A DNA stretch of 64,000 nt from the NCBI GenBank assembly GCA_033442325.1, contig JAWQFM010000018.1, positions 1 through 64,000 of the forward strand. The letters run 5' to 3'. The DNA comes from Salpingoeca rosetta (Eukaryota > Protista > Choanoflagellata). Positions 1 to 13,742 of this stretch are shown one piece after another. Position 1 is the first letter of the stretch. Every line of letters starts with the position of its first letter. Position numbers and translations under genes: made by a program. The notes under the pieces were generated by a model. The model was not told where the DNA came from. It did not search any database and saw only the letters and a list, made by a program, of their open reading frames with translations.

Positions 1-1846
1 AACACACATACATGTGCCTTGCCGTCACTCCGCCAGCGGCTTGCAACTTGCTTCAACATCATAGACTTTTGGCTCAACACCAGCAATCCATGCAAAGCTT
101 TGCTTGCTCTCGCTCGCAATACTTCATCGACCCGCATGTCACAGCGGGCTGCATCTTGCCTCCAAAGGCAACCACAGCCACACCCACAACACACAGCTGA
201 CAACGTTTTCTTTTTCACTGTGCCACATCCACGTGTGCAGCAAAGCAACTGCCAGCCACTCCCCCACACACAAACACATATTGGCTCATCGCCCTTCTCC
301 CAACGCACAGCTACACACACAAGGAAAATGCAAGCCCATTCATGCGCACACACGTCATCTACGCGCCAGGCACATCGCTGTGCCCGGGTCTCAATGCACC
401 ATGCGTGCAGGCTTGCTTCCTGCGTCTCGCTGCATCACATCACTGTGAGGAGAGAATAACAATCAAGAGCCAACAATGCGTGTTTGTGTGAGGAGAATGA
501 CCAGCGCTTCACACTGTCACACTCAGAGAAAGCTGAACAATCAGCTCGCCCTCTTTCCGCAAACACAGTCGTTGCTCGCCACAAGCGCATGTTGTGTGTT
601 GCTTTTGCTTCTGTGTAGTAGATGATGCGATTGCACATGCGAGTGATCACAAGAACACACACAGAGACACGAGCAATCGCTTGCTCGCCTCCCCGCATGT
701 GCCTCATCACACCCACACATCGCTCACGCATCATACACACTCAAGCATCCACACACATACACACGCCCGTGCTGTTCTCATTGCATGTGCTGTGCATGCA
801 TGTGTGCTCGTGCAAGCATCGCTCACAACACCCACAAGAGTGTCGCTTCGCTTTGCTTGCACTCACACACACACACTTCACACACACACACAAATGAAGA
901 GAGAGGTCGCTCAGAACACAGCAGAACAAAGACCCAAGGAGAAAGAGAAGTTGTAGCTGCAAGGGCGCAGACGCGGCTTTTCGTGCCCGCAAGCAATCCT
1001 GCTCAGCGACATTCGCCTTGCTCTCTTGCTTGCGCCTCTACTCAGCGGCTCTTTGCCTTTGCCTTCTCTTTTCCTTTTTTGTCTTGCTCATTTGCATCCT
1101 TCCCCTCATGTATGCCAATCCATCGAGCGGCAGCTGTTTGAATCGCTGCTTTGCCCTCCTGCACTTTGCCTGCAGGCACCGCAATCTAGATTCAGCGAAT
1201 CTGCTAGATCTAGATTTGTGACTGGATCTAGCAAGTACGCACAGCTTCACTGCATCAAGATTATTCACACTGCTCACACCCCAGATTCCCCTGGCCCGTG
1301 ACCAACCAATGCTTGCATGCAATTTGCTTCGCTTGCGTTCGCTGCACATCAGCTGCAGCTGCACTGGTGCATCGCGACGCAGTGTTCAGACACTACTCAT
1401 CACAGTGTTCAGCTTTTTGTTATCACATGATCGCACTTTTTCTGCACCCCCTTTTTGACTTCACCGCCCCAGTCTCCCTACTCCGATGATCAAGTGAGCA
1501 AGCGAGCAAACGTCATTGCACCATGCTATGAGCTGCAGCAACAGGGACAAGACCACGTGGCTGGCTTGCAGGCACACGTGCGCGCGAGCACACTGCACTG
1601 TGCGCACTTCTACTTGCCTGCAGGCACGCGTCGCCGAAGCAAGAAGGAGCAAAGCAGAGGAACTGAGGAGTAGAGCAGCGAGGATGGATTCGTTTCCATG
1701 TGATTGTACAAGAGACAAGCAAGCATGCAGAGAACGACGAAGAGCAGCGCAAGGGACACATGCGCATGTGTGTATGCATGCGTTTGTGTGTAGACGTTGC
1801 CTGCAGGCACGGGAACGTGTTTCTGATTAAAGTGGAATGGATGAGT

Positions 1847-2560
1847 AGCATCCCTCTACGCACTGCAGACATACTTGCACGCGATTGCGCACTGCTGCTG
1901 TGTTGCCCGCAAGCATTGGTAGCTTCTCCTATTTGCATTGGATTCACTCCACTACATACCATTGCTCGCTGCAGACACACTTGCATGCGATTGTGCAGTG
2001 CTGCTGTTTGTTCTAACTACTCACAACTTCTCCTATTCGTGTTGTATTCACTCCACTTCATCCCTCTACTCACTGTTGGGTGACTCGCAAGCACTCACAA
2101 CATCTCCTACTTGCATAGGATTCACTCCACTTCATCTGTCTACTCACTGTTGTGTTACCTGCAAGCACTCACAACTTCTCCTACTTACATCGGATTCACT
2201 CCACCACATCCCTGTACTCACTCGCAAACACTCACAACTTCTCCTGCTTGCATTGGATTCACTCCACTACATCCGTCTGCAAACACTCACAACTTCTCCT
2301 GCTTGCATTGGATTCACTTCACAGCATCCGTCTACGTACTGACAAGCACTCACAACTTCTCCTGCTTCCATTGGATTCAGTCTATTCATTGTTGTGTTAC
2401 TCCCAAACACTCACAACTTCTCCTACTTCCATTGGATTCACTCCACTACATCCGTCTACTCGCTGTAAACGCTTCATGCGTACGCTTGCTTGCTCTGTGC
2501 GTGTTGCTTGCAAGTACCCACAACTTTCCTCGCTTCCACCTTGTTCACTTCACAACACTC
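1847..2560. repeat. Degenerate tandem minisatellite, about 9 copies of a ~50 bp core with variable-length tails
   Basis: Core CAARCACTCACAACTTCTCCTRCTTGCATTGGATTCACTCCACTACATCC starts at about 1910, 2013, 2088, 2162, 2225, 2280, 2343, 2404 and 2511. Spacing is 55-107 bp and the tails are related to each other. Confidence 0.9.
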
Positions 2561-5500
2561 CTCCCACTCACTCGCCACTGCGTCACTGAGTCACTGCTTC
2601 GCCCACCATGCCTGCACGCACCTGCAATCGACCCTTTATCAATCCACACTTTCATTCACACACCGCTCTGTCGCCCCACTTCACTCCACGCCGCTCCACT
2701 TCATTCAGTAACATCGCTCCAACATCTCCTGCGCTTCCTCTCTCTCGCCTCCAGCAGCGATGTGTTCAGGTGCGTACGAAGCTCGCTGCAATCGCTTTCT
2801 CCTTTTCCCACTTTACCTTCTCCCTTCTTGCATGCTACCGCCTGCAATACTTCTGCTTCTGCTTCCTTTGCTCCACCTCCACAACACAACATCCACATCC
2901 ATGCATGTGCCGCTTTGTCCCTTTGTCTCACCCTTTACTATCTTGCTTCCTCCTCTCTTCCCTTTGCCTTTCCACATTCCACGTGTTGCATTATTGCTTT
3001 GCACTTGTCGCCACATGCTTCATTCACCCTTGGCCCTCTTTCTCTCTTCCATCCACTCACCACCACACAGCACCTCTCCACACAACATCCTTCACTTTAC
3101 TTCACACAACACAACACAGCACCACATACAACCCACTGTGTGCATTCGTGCTTCCCTTCGTCCCTTTCTGTCGCCACCTTGTCACCACAAGCCTTGCTTG
3201 TCTATTTCACCTGCGTTCTATCACCACCCCTCCTGTCTTGATTCCTGTCACTGCTGCTGTTGTTTCCATGTGTTTGCGTGCCTTCCCTTGTCCTTGTTCA
3301 CTTCTTTGTGCCGCCACTCCTTCCCCTGACTTTCCCTTACCTTTCCTGCCTCGTTCATGTTTCATGCTGCATGTGTTACAACACATCGTAAACCCATCAA
3401 GCCCACACTGCCGCCTTCGTCACCATCAGCCCAGTTCACATCCGCCACTACAAGTCGCTGCCATCACTCACTCTCCTCATCCTTTCCCCCACATCCCCTC
3501 ATTCACAGCTGCTCCTGCTGCTGTCCTCACCTGCATGCAACACCCACTCCACAGCCACGCGCACAGCTCGCCAAAAATCCCATCACATCACAACAACACA
3601 CGCACTGTGTTGACTTCACTGCAACCACCAACAACCATCCACCACCACCAGCAGCATCACACGATACACACGGCTGCACATGCGTGTTGCATTGTATGTT
3701 TCCACTACCCTTCAGCAACACGACATCAAGCAAACACACACACACACGCACAGGTGGCAAGAACAAGCGAGAAAGCATCCCCATATCAACTGCAAGCAAC
3801 ACACACCCAACAACAAGCGACAGCTCCATGCTACGCCACACCGCTTCACTCCCCCATCAACCGCCATCATCCCTTCAGCCAACAACAACAACAGCAGCAG
3901 CAGCAGCAGTGTGTATGCTGTGGCAAGAGAGAACAGAGAGAGAAAGGGAAAGGGGAGGAAGGAAGAAGCATACAAGGAGAGAGAGACGTGCACGCTGTCA
4001 ACAACAACAACACAACACAACACGGCACAATCAACACAACACCACCCGCTCACGTTCCCCTTCTCCCATGAGGTGCGTGGTCTATGGCAGCCCCACGTCT
4101 TGCTTGCTTGTCCTGTGCCCTTGCTTGCTCGTGTCCTTGCTTGGTTGTGCGTGCCTTGCCATGGGTTCCAACAAACAGCCTGCACTTCCCCTGCACAAGC
4201 GTCCATGTGTGTGCATGTGCGTGTGGGGATGACAAAGAGGGAAGAGGGAAGGGAGCAGAAGAAGAAGGAGAAGAAAAGGAGAGATGGGAGGTGCGTGAGC
4301 ACAGACGATGGTGATGGGCGCACACGACGTGGTTGTGGTGAACACACACAATCACACAGCGAAGCAGCAACGCACAACAGACACAACAGACAAAAACAGG
4401 GGGAACAAGAGCAAGCAGCAGCGCAACACACACACACACACACACACACACGCACCGAGGGAAGGACATCAGCCAGCCAGCATCATCCAACATGCCTTGC
4501 ATCCACTGGTTCCATCCATGCAGCAGCGGTGATGGCAGCAGAGAGGGAGAGAGAGGAGGAAGAGTAGGAGGAAGAGTATGCTCTGCCTGCCTGCCTTGCT
4601 GTGTGGGGATGTGTGCCTGCACACCCACTCACTCACTGTGTGTGTCACCACCAACACATCCACACACAGGTGTGAGACAGAGGGAAGCAAGCAGCCACCA
4701 CACACACACACACACACAGTGTGAATCACAAGCAGACACAGTATGAACGACATGCACACAGTCACAGTCACATGCAAGCATGCAAGTGCAACGCACCGTG
4801 AGGTGGCATCAGACTGCTGGGTGTCAGCGTGTGCGTGTGTTCACGCACACATGTGTGTGGGTCGATGCAACCCATCATCCCTCTCTGTGTGCGTGTGAGC
4901 CAAATACATCCACAGCAGCAGGAGTGCGTGTGAGATCACAACACCCACCACAGCCACGTCCCACTCTCTCCCTCCTTCACACACACAATCACACAATCAC
5001 ACGCACACACACAGCAGTCAAACCAATTGACAGAACTCACCCAAACTCACGGTGCCAGCGTGCCATGGGCCTGTGCAGCACATATGTCAGCCTCACCGAC
5101 CGTGGGCAAGGCGTTGCATGCCTTTGGCCCTGCACACATCCATGGTGTGGCCGCTGTTGTGCGTGTTCTCTGCTTGCTCCTGTTCACCATCACATCATCA
5201 TCCACCACACAACACAAAATCCATGGAACCAAACGAGACCACCCACAACAGAACCGCCAGTGAGTGCCCGTCACAACGCGCACCCTCTCCCTCCTCTCCA
5301 CCAACCCTGCGCCAGCCACGCACACAAACAACGCAACCTACCACCTCCCGCTCAAACACACACACACACGCGTTTCGCCTGCTGCTTGTTGCTTGTTTGT
5401 GTGTGTTGGTCTTGTTGGTTCGTGTTTGGGCGATTTGTGGAAGATGCCACAAATAATCGCCCACTGCTGCGTTTGTGCTGCAACCGCTGTTTGCTTTTGC

Positions 5501-6809
5501 TTTTGCTTGTTGAAGGGCGGACTTGCTTGCTTGGCTTGGTTGGTTGCTTGGTTGGTTTCAATGAGACAAGAAGAAGAAGAAGCAGAAGAAGAAGGAGGGG
5601 GGACAGCACTGTGGTGTGTGAATGCAACGCAGGCTCACAGGCCTTGCAGGCTGAGGAAGGGCAGGGAGAAGGGGAGAAGAAAGGGGGATGGAAAAGAAGA
5701 AGAAACAAACACACACACACACACACACACACACAGCTGTGCACAGCATGCATCCCCTCCTCTTCTCTCCTCTCCTCTCTTCTTCGCTTCCTCCTCCCTC
5801 CTCCTCACAGTCACAACAAACAACCAACAGCCACAAAGGGCTGGAAGAGAAAACAAACAAAGGGAGGGGGCAACAGCCACCTAGCCAGATTGCCATGGAA
5901 GCAATAGACGAGGCGATAGAGGGGGGGAAGGAGGACACCGTCCATCAACACACACAAACACACATCTGTTGGGAGCATAACGTCTTCTGTCCTTGCTTTC
6001 CCTCCATCCTCTTCCTTGGCCTTGGTTGAGTTAGGTTGGTTGAGGTGGCACAGCTCGCCATGGCGTGTCCATGCGTGGATGTGGGTTTGGGCATGGGTGT
6101 TGGATGTGGATGGGTTCCTCTCTGTGCGTGTGAAAAGGGGGTGGAGGGAAACAGTGGAAGGGGTGGCAGCAGCAGGGAGGAGGAAGAAGGAGAAGAAGCA
6201 AGGGAAGGGCGGTGGATGTGAGCATGCCATGCATGAGTGGACAACAACAACACATGGGCGTGCAATGGTGATGATGTGTGCTTGGTGTTGTGCGTTGTAT
6301 GTGATGGCACAAGGACACAAAGGTCAACCCCAATCACACACACACACACACACACCTCGTCGTCGATCAACGCATCTGCCTGACATATGCGCACACGCAC
6401 GCACATCTGCAGTCACACACACACACACACAGAGTCAGACATGGCATTGCAGAGTGAGACGATGCACCATGCACACGCATGCACAACAATGCAAAACACA
6501 ACCACCACAACCACAACGACAACATCTCTCCCCTCATCTCCATCCCCCAAATGCACGGTCACATGACAAGGGGCACAGCCGTGGTGGTGATGACGGCCAT
6601 GATGAACGCCTTCCTCCCCCACTTCCCCTCAACCTCTTCCACCAAACACACACAGCATTGCGTGCCCTCACCTCGTGCATCGTGTCGCTGTCGGCGTGGT
6701 TGATGGCGACGCACACGCATGTACACGCACACACGCACACATCGCTGTGTGTGTCCTCGGTTGAGATGAGCAGGGCTGAGAGAGAGAGAGGGACGACACG
6801 ACACACCAG

Positions 6810-7835
6810 CCAGGACGACCGAGGAAAGCGAGTACACCAAACGAGAGAGTGTGGGGATCTGTGCATGTGAATATGAAGAATGTTGAATCAGAGTCACATC
6901 AGCTACACACAAAAGCAACGAAGCAATCACGTAACAATCGAGTCAACCTAATCAAGCAGGCATACCATCACATATCNNNNNNNNNNNNNNNNNNNNNNNN
7001 NNNNNNNNNNNNNNNNNNNNNNNNNNNNNNNNNNNNNNNNNNNNNNNNNNNNNNNNNNNNNNNNNNNNNNNNNNNNCTCGGTGGTCGTCTTCCCTGGTGA
7101 TGGGCGTGCCTGTATGCATGGATGCATGTGATGCTGCATGTCCCTCCTCACGGCTGTCCTTCCACACGTGCCGGTGTGCGTCACCCCCATCCCCCAACCA
7201 ACATCATCACCCTCCATCACTTCCCTTTCTTTTCCCTCCTTTGGCTCTGCACCACCACGTCGCACCACCATCACCACCATCACCACCATCACCGTGTTAC
7301 TTCCCCCTTCCCTGTTTCCACCACTCCACACAACACAGCCCACCAACCAATCAACCGCTAACAATCATCCTCACCTGTGCTTGATGCAGCCAGCCAGCCA
7401 GCCAGTCAATGTGCCACAGCAAAGCCAGAAAAAGGGAAGCGCAATCACATGCCACGGCCACCATCGTCATCGCTGATGGAGCTGAAAGAGGAGATGAAGG
7501 GGGGAAGGGTGGTGGGCACGGGCCGTGTCCTTCCTTGTCTTCATCGGTGCAGCCCCAAACACCGTGCACAGCGCACGTGCACACGCACGGCCATCATCGC
7601 ACCAGCACCAGTAGCAGCAGCGAGCTAGCCTGCCCTGCGTGAATGCCTGTGAGGCAACCAGAGACGAACAACGACGACCGGTGAAGGTGAGGACACCAAA
7701 GGAGAGACACAAGGGATCTTGCATGGGAATATGCAGCATGTTGTGGCCGGGTGCATCACCTACACACAAGAACAACGAAGCAAGCACCCAACAATGAAGC
7801 AACCAAGCAAGCAGGCATACCATCACCATATCCAC
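6810..7835 (+). repeat. Pair of decayed ~165 bp direct repeats (about 6810-6976 and 7670-7835)
   Basis: Shared blocks in the same order: GACGACCG, GGGATCT.TGCATG.GAATATG, CTACACACAA..CAACGAAGCAA, CAAGCAGGCATACCATCAC. The first copy runs into the gap at 6977. Confidence 0.75.
6977..7076. other. Assembly gap (100 N)
   Basis: Run of N. Confidence 1.
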
Positions 7836-8930
7836 CACTGCTGCAATACCTGTGTTGGCCGCTGTCTCGATCACGCCTCAACAGCTCCACATCACATGGG
7901 GAAGGCTGATGATGATAATGAGAGCAAAGGCGATTTGTTGGGAAAAGAAGAAGGGAGTTGGGTTGGGGAACCTGCACACGTCCGCCTGCAGCCACGCACA
8001 CGCACACACGCACATTTGAGTTGTGTGATTGATTCATGCGAGACACACGTCAGTGCAACCACCCCACAGCCAATAACTGCTGTGGTGTGTTGGCACACAT
8101 GTGTACATGCGTGTACGTGCGCGCGTATGTGCATGCGAATGTGTACTACCACCCCACAGACACACACACACACACACAGCCCCAGCGTCTCACCTGGTGC
8201 CTTCTTTTCTTGCACATTTGTGTGTGCGTGCGTGTATCGCCCTGGTCGTGTCATGAGGACTTGGGAAGAGAACGGCCACTGCCCTGTGCAAATCACACAC
8301 ATGAACACATGCGCAAGCACAAACAATCAAAATCAGCGAGAATGACACCACGCAGTGAGCCAGCATGGCAGAAACAAACCACATCCACCTCCTTTGCCAC
8401 ATTCACATCACCCACATCACCACCTGTGCATGCACATGTCACATCCCCAAACACAGATACACACCACCACCGCCACAAGCAGCACACCCGCACATGCGTG
8501 TGCGTGCGCCGTGTACATTCACCACAAACCACTCACCACCACCGTCGTCGTCATGCGAGGCAACAGCACATCGACGCACATCACTCCCTGTACGTGTGCG
8601 TGTGGAGAAAGAGGTGAGTTGTCACAGAATCAGGCTGTCAATGACAACAACACCCATTGCCACCACCAACAGACCCAACGACATCCAAGCAAGCCTTCAC
8701 AATCACACCCACACATGCTGATGTTCACACCCACACATCACACACCACCCACATCACCACAACCACCACCGCCATTCATCTCACCTCCACATCCATGGCA
8801 GCAGCCGCTGCTGCTGGTGATCAATGACGACGACGACGAGCAGTGGAGATGGCCCAGAAGGCAGAGGGCCCGTTCATCCTAATGCAGCCAGCCATCAACT
8901 GTTGCTGCTGTTGTTGTTGATGGTGGAAAC

Positions 8931-9201
8931 NNNNNNNNNNNNNNNNNNNNNNNNNNNNNNNNNNNNNNNNNNNNNNNNNNNNNNNNNNNNNNNNNNNNNN
9001 NNNNNNNNNNNNNNNNNNNNNNNNNNNNNNNNNNNNNNNNNNNNNNNNNNNNNNNNNNNNNNNNNNNNNNNNNNNNNNNNNNNNNNNNNNNNNNNNNNNN
9101 NNNNNNNNNNNNNNNNNNNNNNNNNNNNNNNNNNNNNNNNNNNNNNNNNNNNNNNNNNNNNNNNNNNNNNNNNNNNNNNNNNNNNNNNNNNNNNNNNNNN
9201 N
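8931..9201. other. Assembly gap
   Basis: Run of N. Confidence 1.
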
Positions 9202-9499
9202 AAGAGCGACTGACATGTGCAACGTCTGCCTCACGCCAGATTGGGGCTGGTGGCGGCCGGTCGATGGTGATGGTGATGGCGATGGTGGTGACAGCAGAGC
9301 TGAGGTAGAAGAGAGGAAGAAGAGAGAGAAATGGGGAAGGGTTGATGATGATGATGATGATGGGTCGTTCATGGCGGCTACTTCCCCCTCCTCTGATGTG
9401 GCCCTGGTGCGCATGCAACCAACACACAACGACAAGACACAACGACAACATCATCACACACAACACACAGGTATGGCATGTGAGCACAGCAGGCGTGTT

Positions 9500-9772
<273 letters not shown>

Positions 9773-10299
9773 GCCTTCACCTCGTCCAGTGCAATTTGCA
9801 AATGTCTCGGAGGTGCAATTACGTTCGTGCAAAGCATGGCTCGCTGGGAATGTTGGTGAAGGACAGCGGTTGCTGTGGAAGGACAGCCGTGGAGGAGGGA
9901 GTTCGCAGCATCGGCATGCATCCAGGCACACAGGCACGCCCATCTTGCAGGTGAAGACGGCCCACCGAGCGGCGCTGTCGCCACAAACATGCCATGCAAG
10001 AGCTTTTGAGACGAGCCACACGCGGTTGAGGTGCAAGGCGCATGGCCACTGCCAGAAGAAGGCGTACATGCCATGAGGGATGCCTCATTTCCCCCGTCCC
10101 CTCCTGAGCCTCCCCATCCACGATGCGTGCTTCCGCCTTCACGGGCACCCTCCTAGTGGTGCTCGCTTTCAGCGTGCTCGCTCCTTCTTCCACACACGCC
10201 ATCGTCAACGACGTGAGTGCGCGGATACAATGATTGAGATAGTGGCATGCTTGCTTTGCTTGGAAGCAAGAGGAGTGTGTGAGGTTTTGTGGCCTTGAA

Positions 10300-10508
10300 G
10301 ACTTGGACCCTCTCCCGACTGTTTTCCCTGTGCGCCTTCCCTTGTCGTGGTTGGCACATTCAACTGGCTCAGCTTCTACGACTCTACATCGTACTCACCC
10401 ACAACACCCACGTATGTACTACTGCAGACTGTCGTTCTTGGAGATGAACTCAGCCCATCCGAATTCCTTGCAGAAGTGGTGAGCCCATTCGACAACAACG
10501 GATGCGCG

Positions 10509-10551
<43 letters not shown>

Positions 10552-11337
10552 TGTGTGTGTCTGTGTCTGTGTGTCTGTGTCTGTGTGTATGCACCTGCTG
10601 TTGTCAACGGCCTTCCTCTTCCTCCCCCCTCTTCGTGCACCACAACAACACCTCTGCCTCACCCAGCAAATCAAACTTGTCCTCCACGTTCTTGATGTCC
10701 CAAAGGCAATCGATGGCTGCGCCAGCTTGACAGCTGCTTCCGAAGGCTACCACTTTGAAGGAGGCCAGGCGTCTGGTCTCTCCCAGGACCGCTGCACCAC
10801 TGGTACACCTGGCTGTCCTGTGTGTGTGTGCGTGTGTGTGTGTGTTTCTCTCGAAAGTGTGCGTGCGTGTGTGTGTGCATGTGTGTGGGCATGTTTTGTG
10901 CTTCTTGGCAGTGCCACCCAATACGCGCCACTTCTTCCTCATCATCGTCATGACCGCCAACGCTGCGACAGGCGGAACGTGCCAGTGCAAGAGCTTCAGC
11001 GATTCCTGCGATAGCGGAGGTGAGACCCACCGGCCACGGTGCTTGGTTTTGAGTGCTTGTTGAGAACTCCCACGCTTGCCATCCACCCGCATTCAACCAA
11101 AACCGTCAACCTCATCAATCTGCCCACACTCACTTGCTCACGCACACACACGCACACACACACACACGCGCACATTGCTTGTCCTTCAGATTGCTACAAA
11201 GTGTACCGTTGCAATGACACCGCCGCTGATGGCTGCTTCGCCGTCTCAAACTGCACGCAGACCGTTTTCACCACCGTCATGGAGGTGCGTTCGCGCGCGT
11301 GTGACTGTGTTTTGTACCTCATGCGCAATGTCATCGC

Positions 11338-11374
<37 letters not shown>

Positions 11375-13742
11375 CATTGTTAATAAAAATTATACACACA
11401 AAACCACATACTCACTTTCACCGTCCACGTCCAACAAAAAAAAATACATTCAAACTAAAATAATGAAAAAACCGTCTCTCCCCCCCCCCCGCTGTGGGTG
11501 GCGTATCGCACCCCCCCCTCTCCCCCCCCTGAAGAGGATAACGCGATCCACCTTTCGAGAGATAAGAAAAAAGAAGCGACCTCTTCTGCTTCGTCTGGCA
11601 GCAGGGGTCGAGGAAGACTGCANNNNNNNNNNNNNNNNNNNNNNNNNNNNNNNNNNNNNNNNNNNNNNNNNNNNNNNNNNNNNNNNNNNNNNNNNNNNNN
11701 NNNNNNNNNNNNNNNNNNNNNNNNNNNNNNNNNNNNNNNNNNNNNNNNNNNNNNNNNNNNNNNNNNNNNNNNNNNNNNNNNNNNNNNNNNNNNNNNNNNN
11801 NNNNNNNNNNNNNNNNNNNNNNNNNNNNNNNNNNNNNNNNNNNNNNNNNNNNNNNNNNNNNNNNNNNNNNNNNNNNNNNNNNNNNNNNNNNNNNNNNNNN
11901 NNNNNNNNNNNNNNNNNNNNNNNNNNNNNNNNNNNNNNNNNNNNNNNNNNNNNNNNNNNNNNNNNNNNNNNNNNNNNNNNNNNNNNNNNNNNNNNNNNNN
12001 NNNNNNNNNNNNNNNNNNNNNNNNNNNNNNNNNNNNNNNNNNNNNNNNNNNNNNNNNNNNNNNNNNNNNNNNNNNNNNNNNACACACACACTGACTCCCG
12101 TCCCCTCCCCCTCCCCCTCCCCCCCCCCCCCCACCACACACATACGCACACTGCAGAGCGTGTTTGAGGACGATGTGCGGGATGCATTCGTGAACTGCAT
12201 GGCAAGTGCTTCACGCCACACAGAGACCACCTTCGTTGATCTCGGCATCTGCCTCTCCGACTGCCCCGACATGGAACCAGGATCTTCTTTTGAGGACATG
12301 AAGGCCATTGTTGCCTGCCAGTGAGTTTCGTGTCATGCATACCTGTACCTGTGTACTCGTGCTTGTCTGCGCTGTTTCAGCCATCATCCACCACGCTTCA
12401 CGCACTGCGCATCACGCACACACTGCACCGCTTGTGCTCTCACTCATCCACGCCTGTCGCCACCCCCTTGGTGCGATCATGTTCACGTCATCCCGGCCAC
12501 CACAACCATTCAATTAGCCGATTCTGCGCTTTCTCCACCGCGGACATGGACTGCAATGTCACCGTCACAACCACAACAACCACGACCACCGTGACCACCA
12601 CGACAACAACCACCACCAACGCCACGACCACCACGACAACAACCACCACCTCCTTCACGGGCTGCGTTAATGACATGTATGAGCCCAACGACAGCCCACC
12701 CGGTGAAGTCACCATGGTTGGTGGAGGAGACAGCAGCATCTCTGCCGTGATTTGCGACGGCGAGGACGACTGGTTTGCCATCCCTGTGTGCAACGGCACC
12801 ATCATCATCAAAGTGCTGTTCGACCACCAGACTGGCGACTTGGACATGGACCTGTATGATGATGGCGGCAGCCCGCTAACGTACTCCGCCAGCGCCACCG
12901 ACAACGAGTGGATTGTATTCTCCCACGAAGGCGCCAACTCGACCGTGTTTCTTGACGTGTACGGCTACGAGGGCGCTTCTGCCCCCTACACCATGCAGAC
13001 GACGCTGCTGTGCGGGGAGCTGTCGTGCCTGACAGACGACTACGAGCCCAATGACTCGCAGCTGGCGGCGGCGAATCTCGGCAACGAGACGACGCAGGCG
13101 CTCGCGACCGCTTGCTCGGGCAATGACGACTACTACGAGGTGGCCGTGTGCCCGGGAGGCGCGCTGTTTGTGAGTCTGTGGTTCAATGGCGACGATAGCG
13201 ACTTGGACTTCATCATCTACGACGAATTTGGAACGGAAGTTGCTTCGGCTGAGACAGAGGGCTGGCCAGAGACTGCTGCCTTGTTCAACACCAACGCCAC
13301 AGAGGCAACGTACTACATTCTCGTCTTTGGCTTCGCTGGATCCGAGGCGCCATACCAGCTGGACGTGACAGTCAACTGTGACCCCGACTGCACCAGCGAT
13401 GACTTTGAGCCGAACAACAGTCCGTCAAACCCCACTGTCATTGGCAGTAACGATGCCTTCAACGCCACCGTGTGCTACGGAGAGGAAGACTGGTATGCGT
13501 TTTTCCCTTGTGCCAATGGCTTCGCCAGCATCGACGTCTACTTCGAGGACGCTGTTGGCGACTTGGACGTGGTTCTCTTCGACTTTGAGGGCACCATCCT
13601 TGACGTCAGCGACACCTCGACCGACAATGAGCACGTGGAGTCCGTTACATACCCGGGCGAGGGCCCGCCCATGTTCGCCCTGGTGGTTGGTGCGCCTGGC
13701 GACAGCGCCCCATACGAGTTCATCATTTCCACTACCTGCTAA
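10300..13742 (+). CDS. Multi-exon, probably extracellular protein: Cys-rich N-terminal exons, Thr-rich linker, three tandem bacterial pre-peptidase C-terminal (PPC)-like domains. The 5' end is uncertain.
   Basis: GT-AG exons at about 10668-10802, 10912-11019, 11190-11285, 12157-12320 and a terminal exon 12518-13742. Three 121-aa repeats start at 12663, 13026 and 13389 with motifs DxYEPNDS, CxGxxDW/YF/Y, GDLDxxLYD and APYxxx. A gap interrupts the gene. Confidence 0.75.
11623..12081. other. Assembly gap inside the PPC-repeat gene, possibly hiding an exon
   Basis: Run of N preceded by homopolymer-rich, low-quality-looking sequence at 11383-11622. Confidence 1.

Noticed and set aside
1847-2560. 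CRISPR array
   Set aside because: The spacers are homologous to each other and vary from 5 to 57 bp, the repeats are degenerate and non-palindromic, there are no cas genes, and the context is eukaryotic.
2111-6900. Long ORFs of 250-490 aa in several frames
   Set aside because: His/Thr/Cys/Val-rich low-complexity translations caused by stop-poor CA/TG-rich DNA, with no domain motifs or coding codon bias.
11383-11622. A-rich and C-rich anomalous segment
   Set aside because: Directly abuts a gap and has homopolymer runs typical of a low-quality read end.
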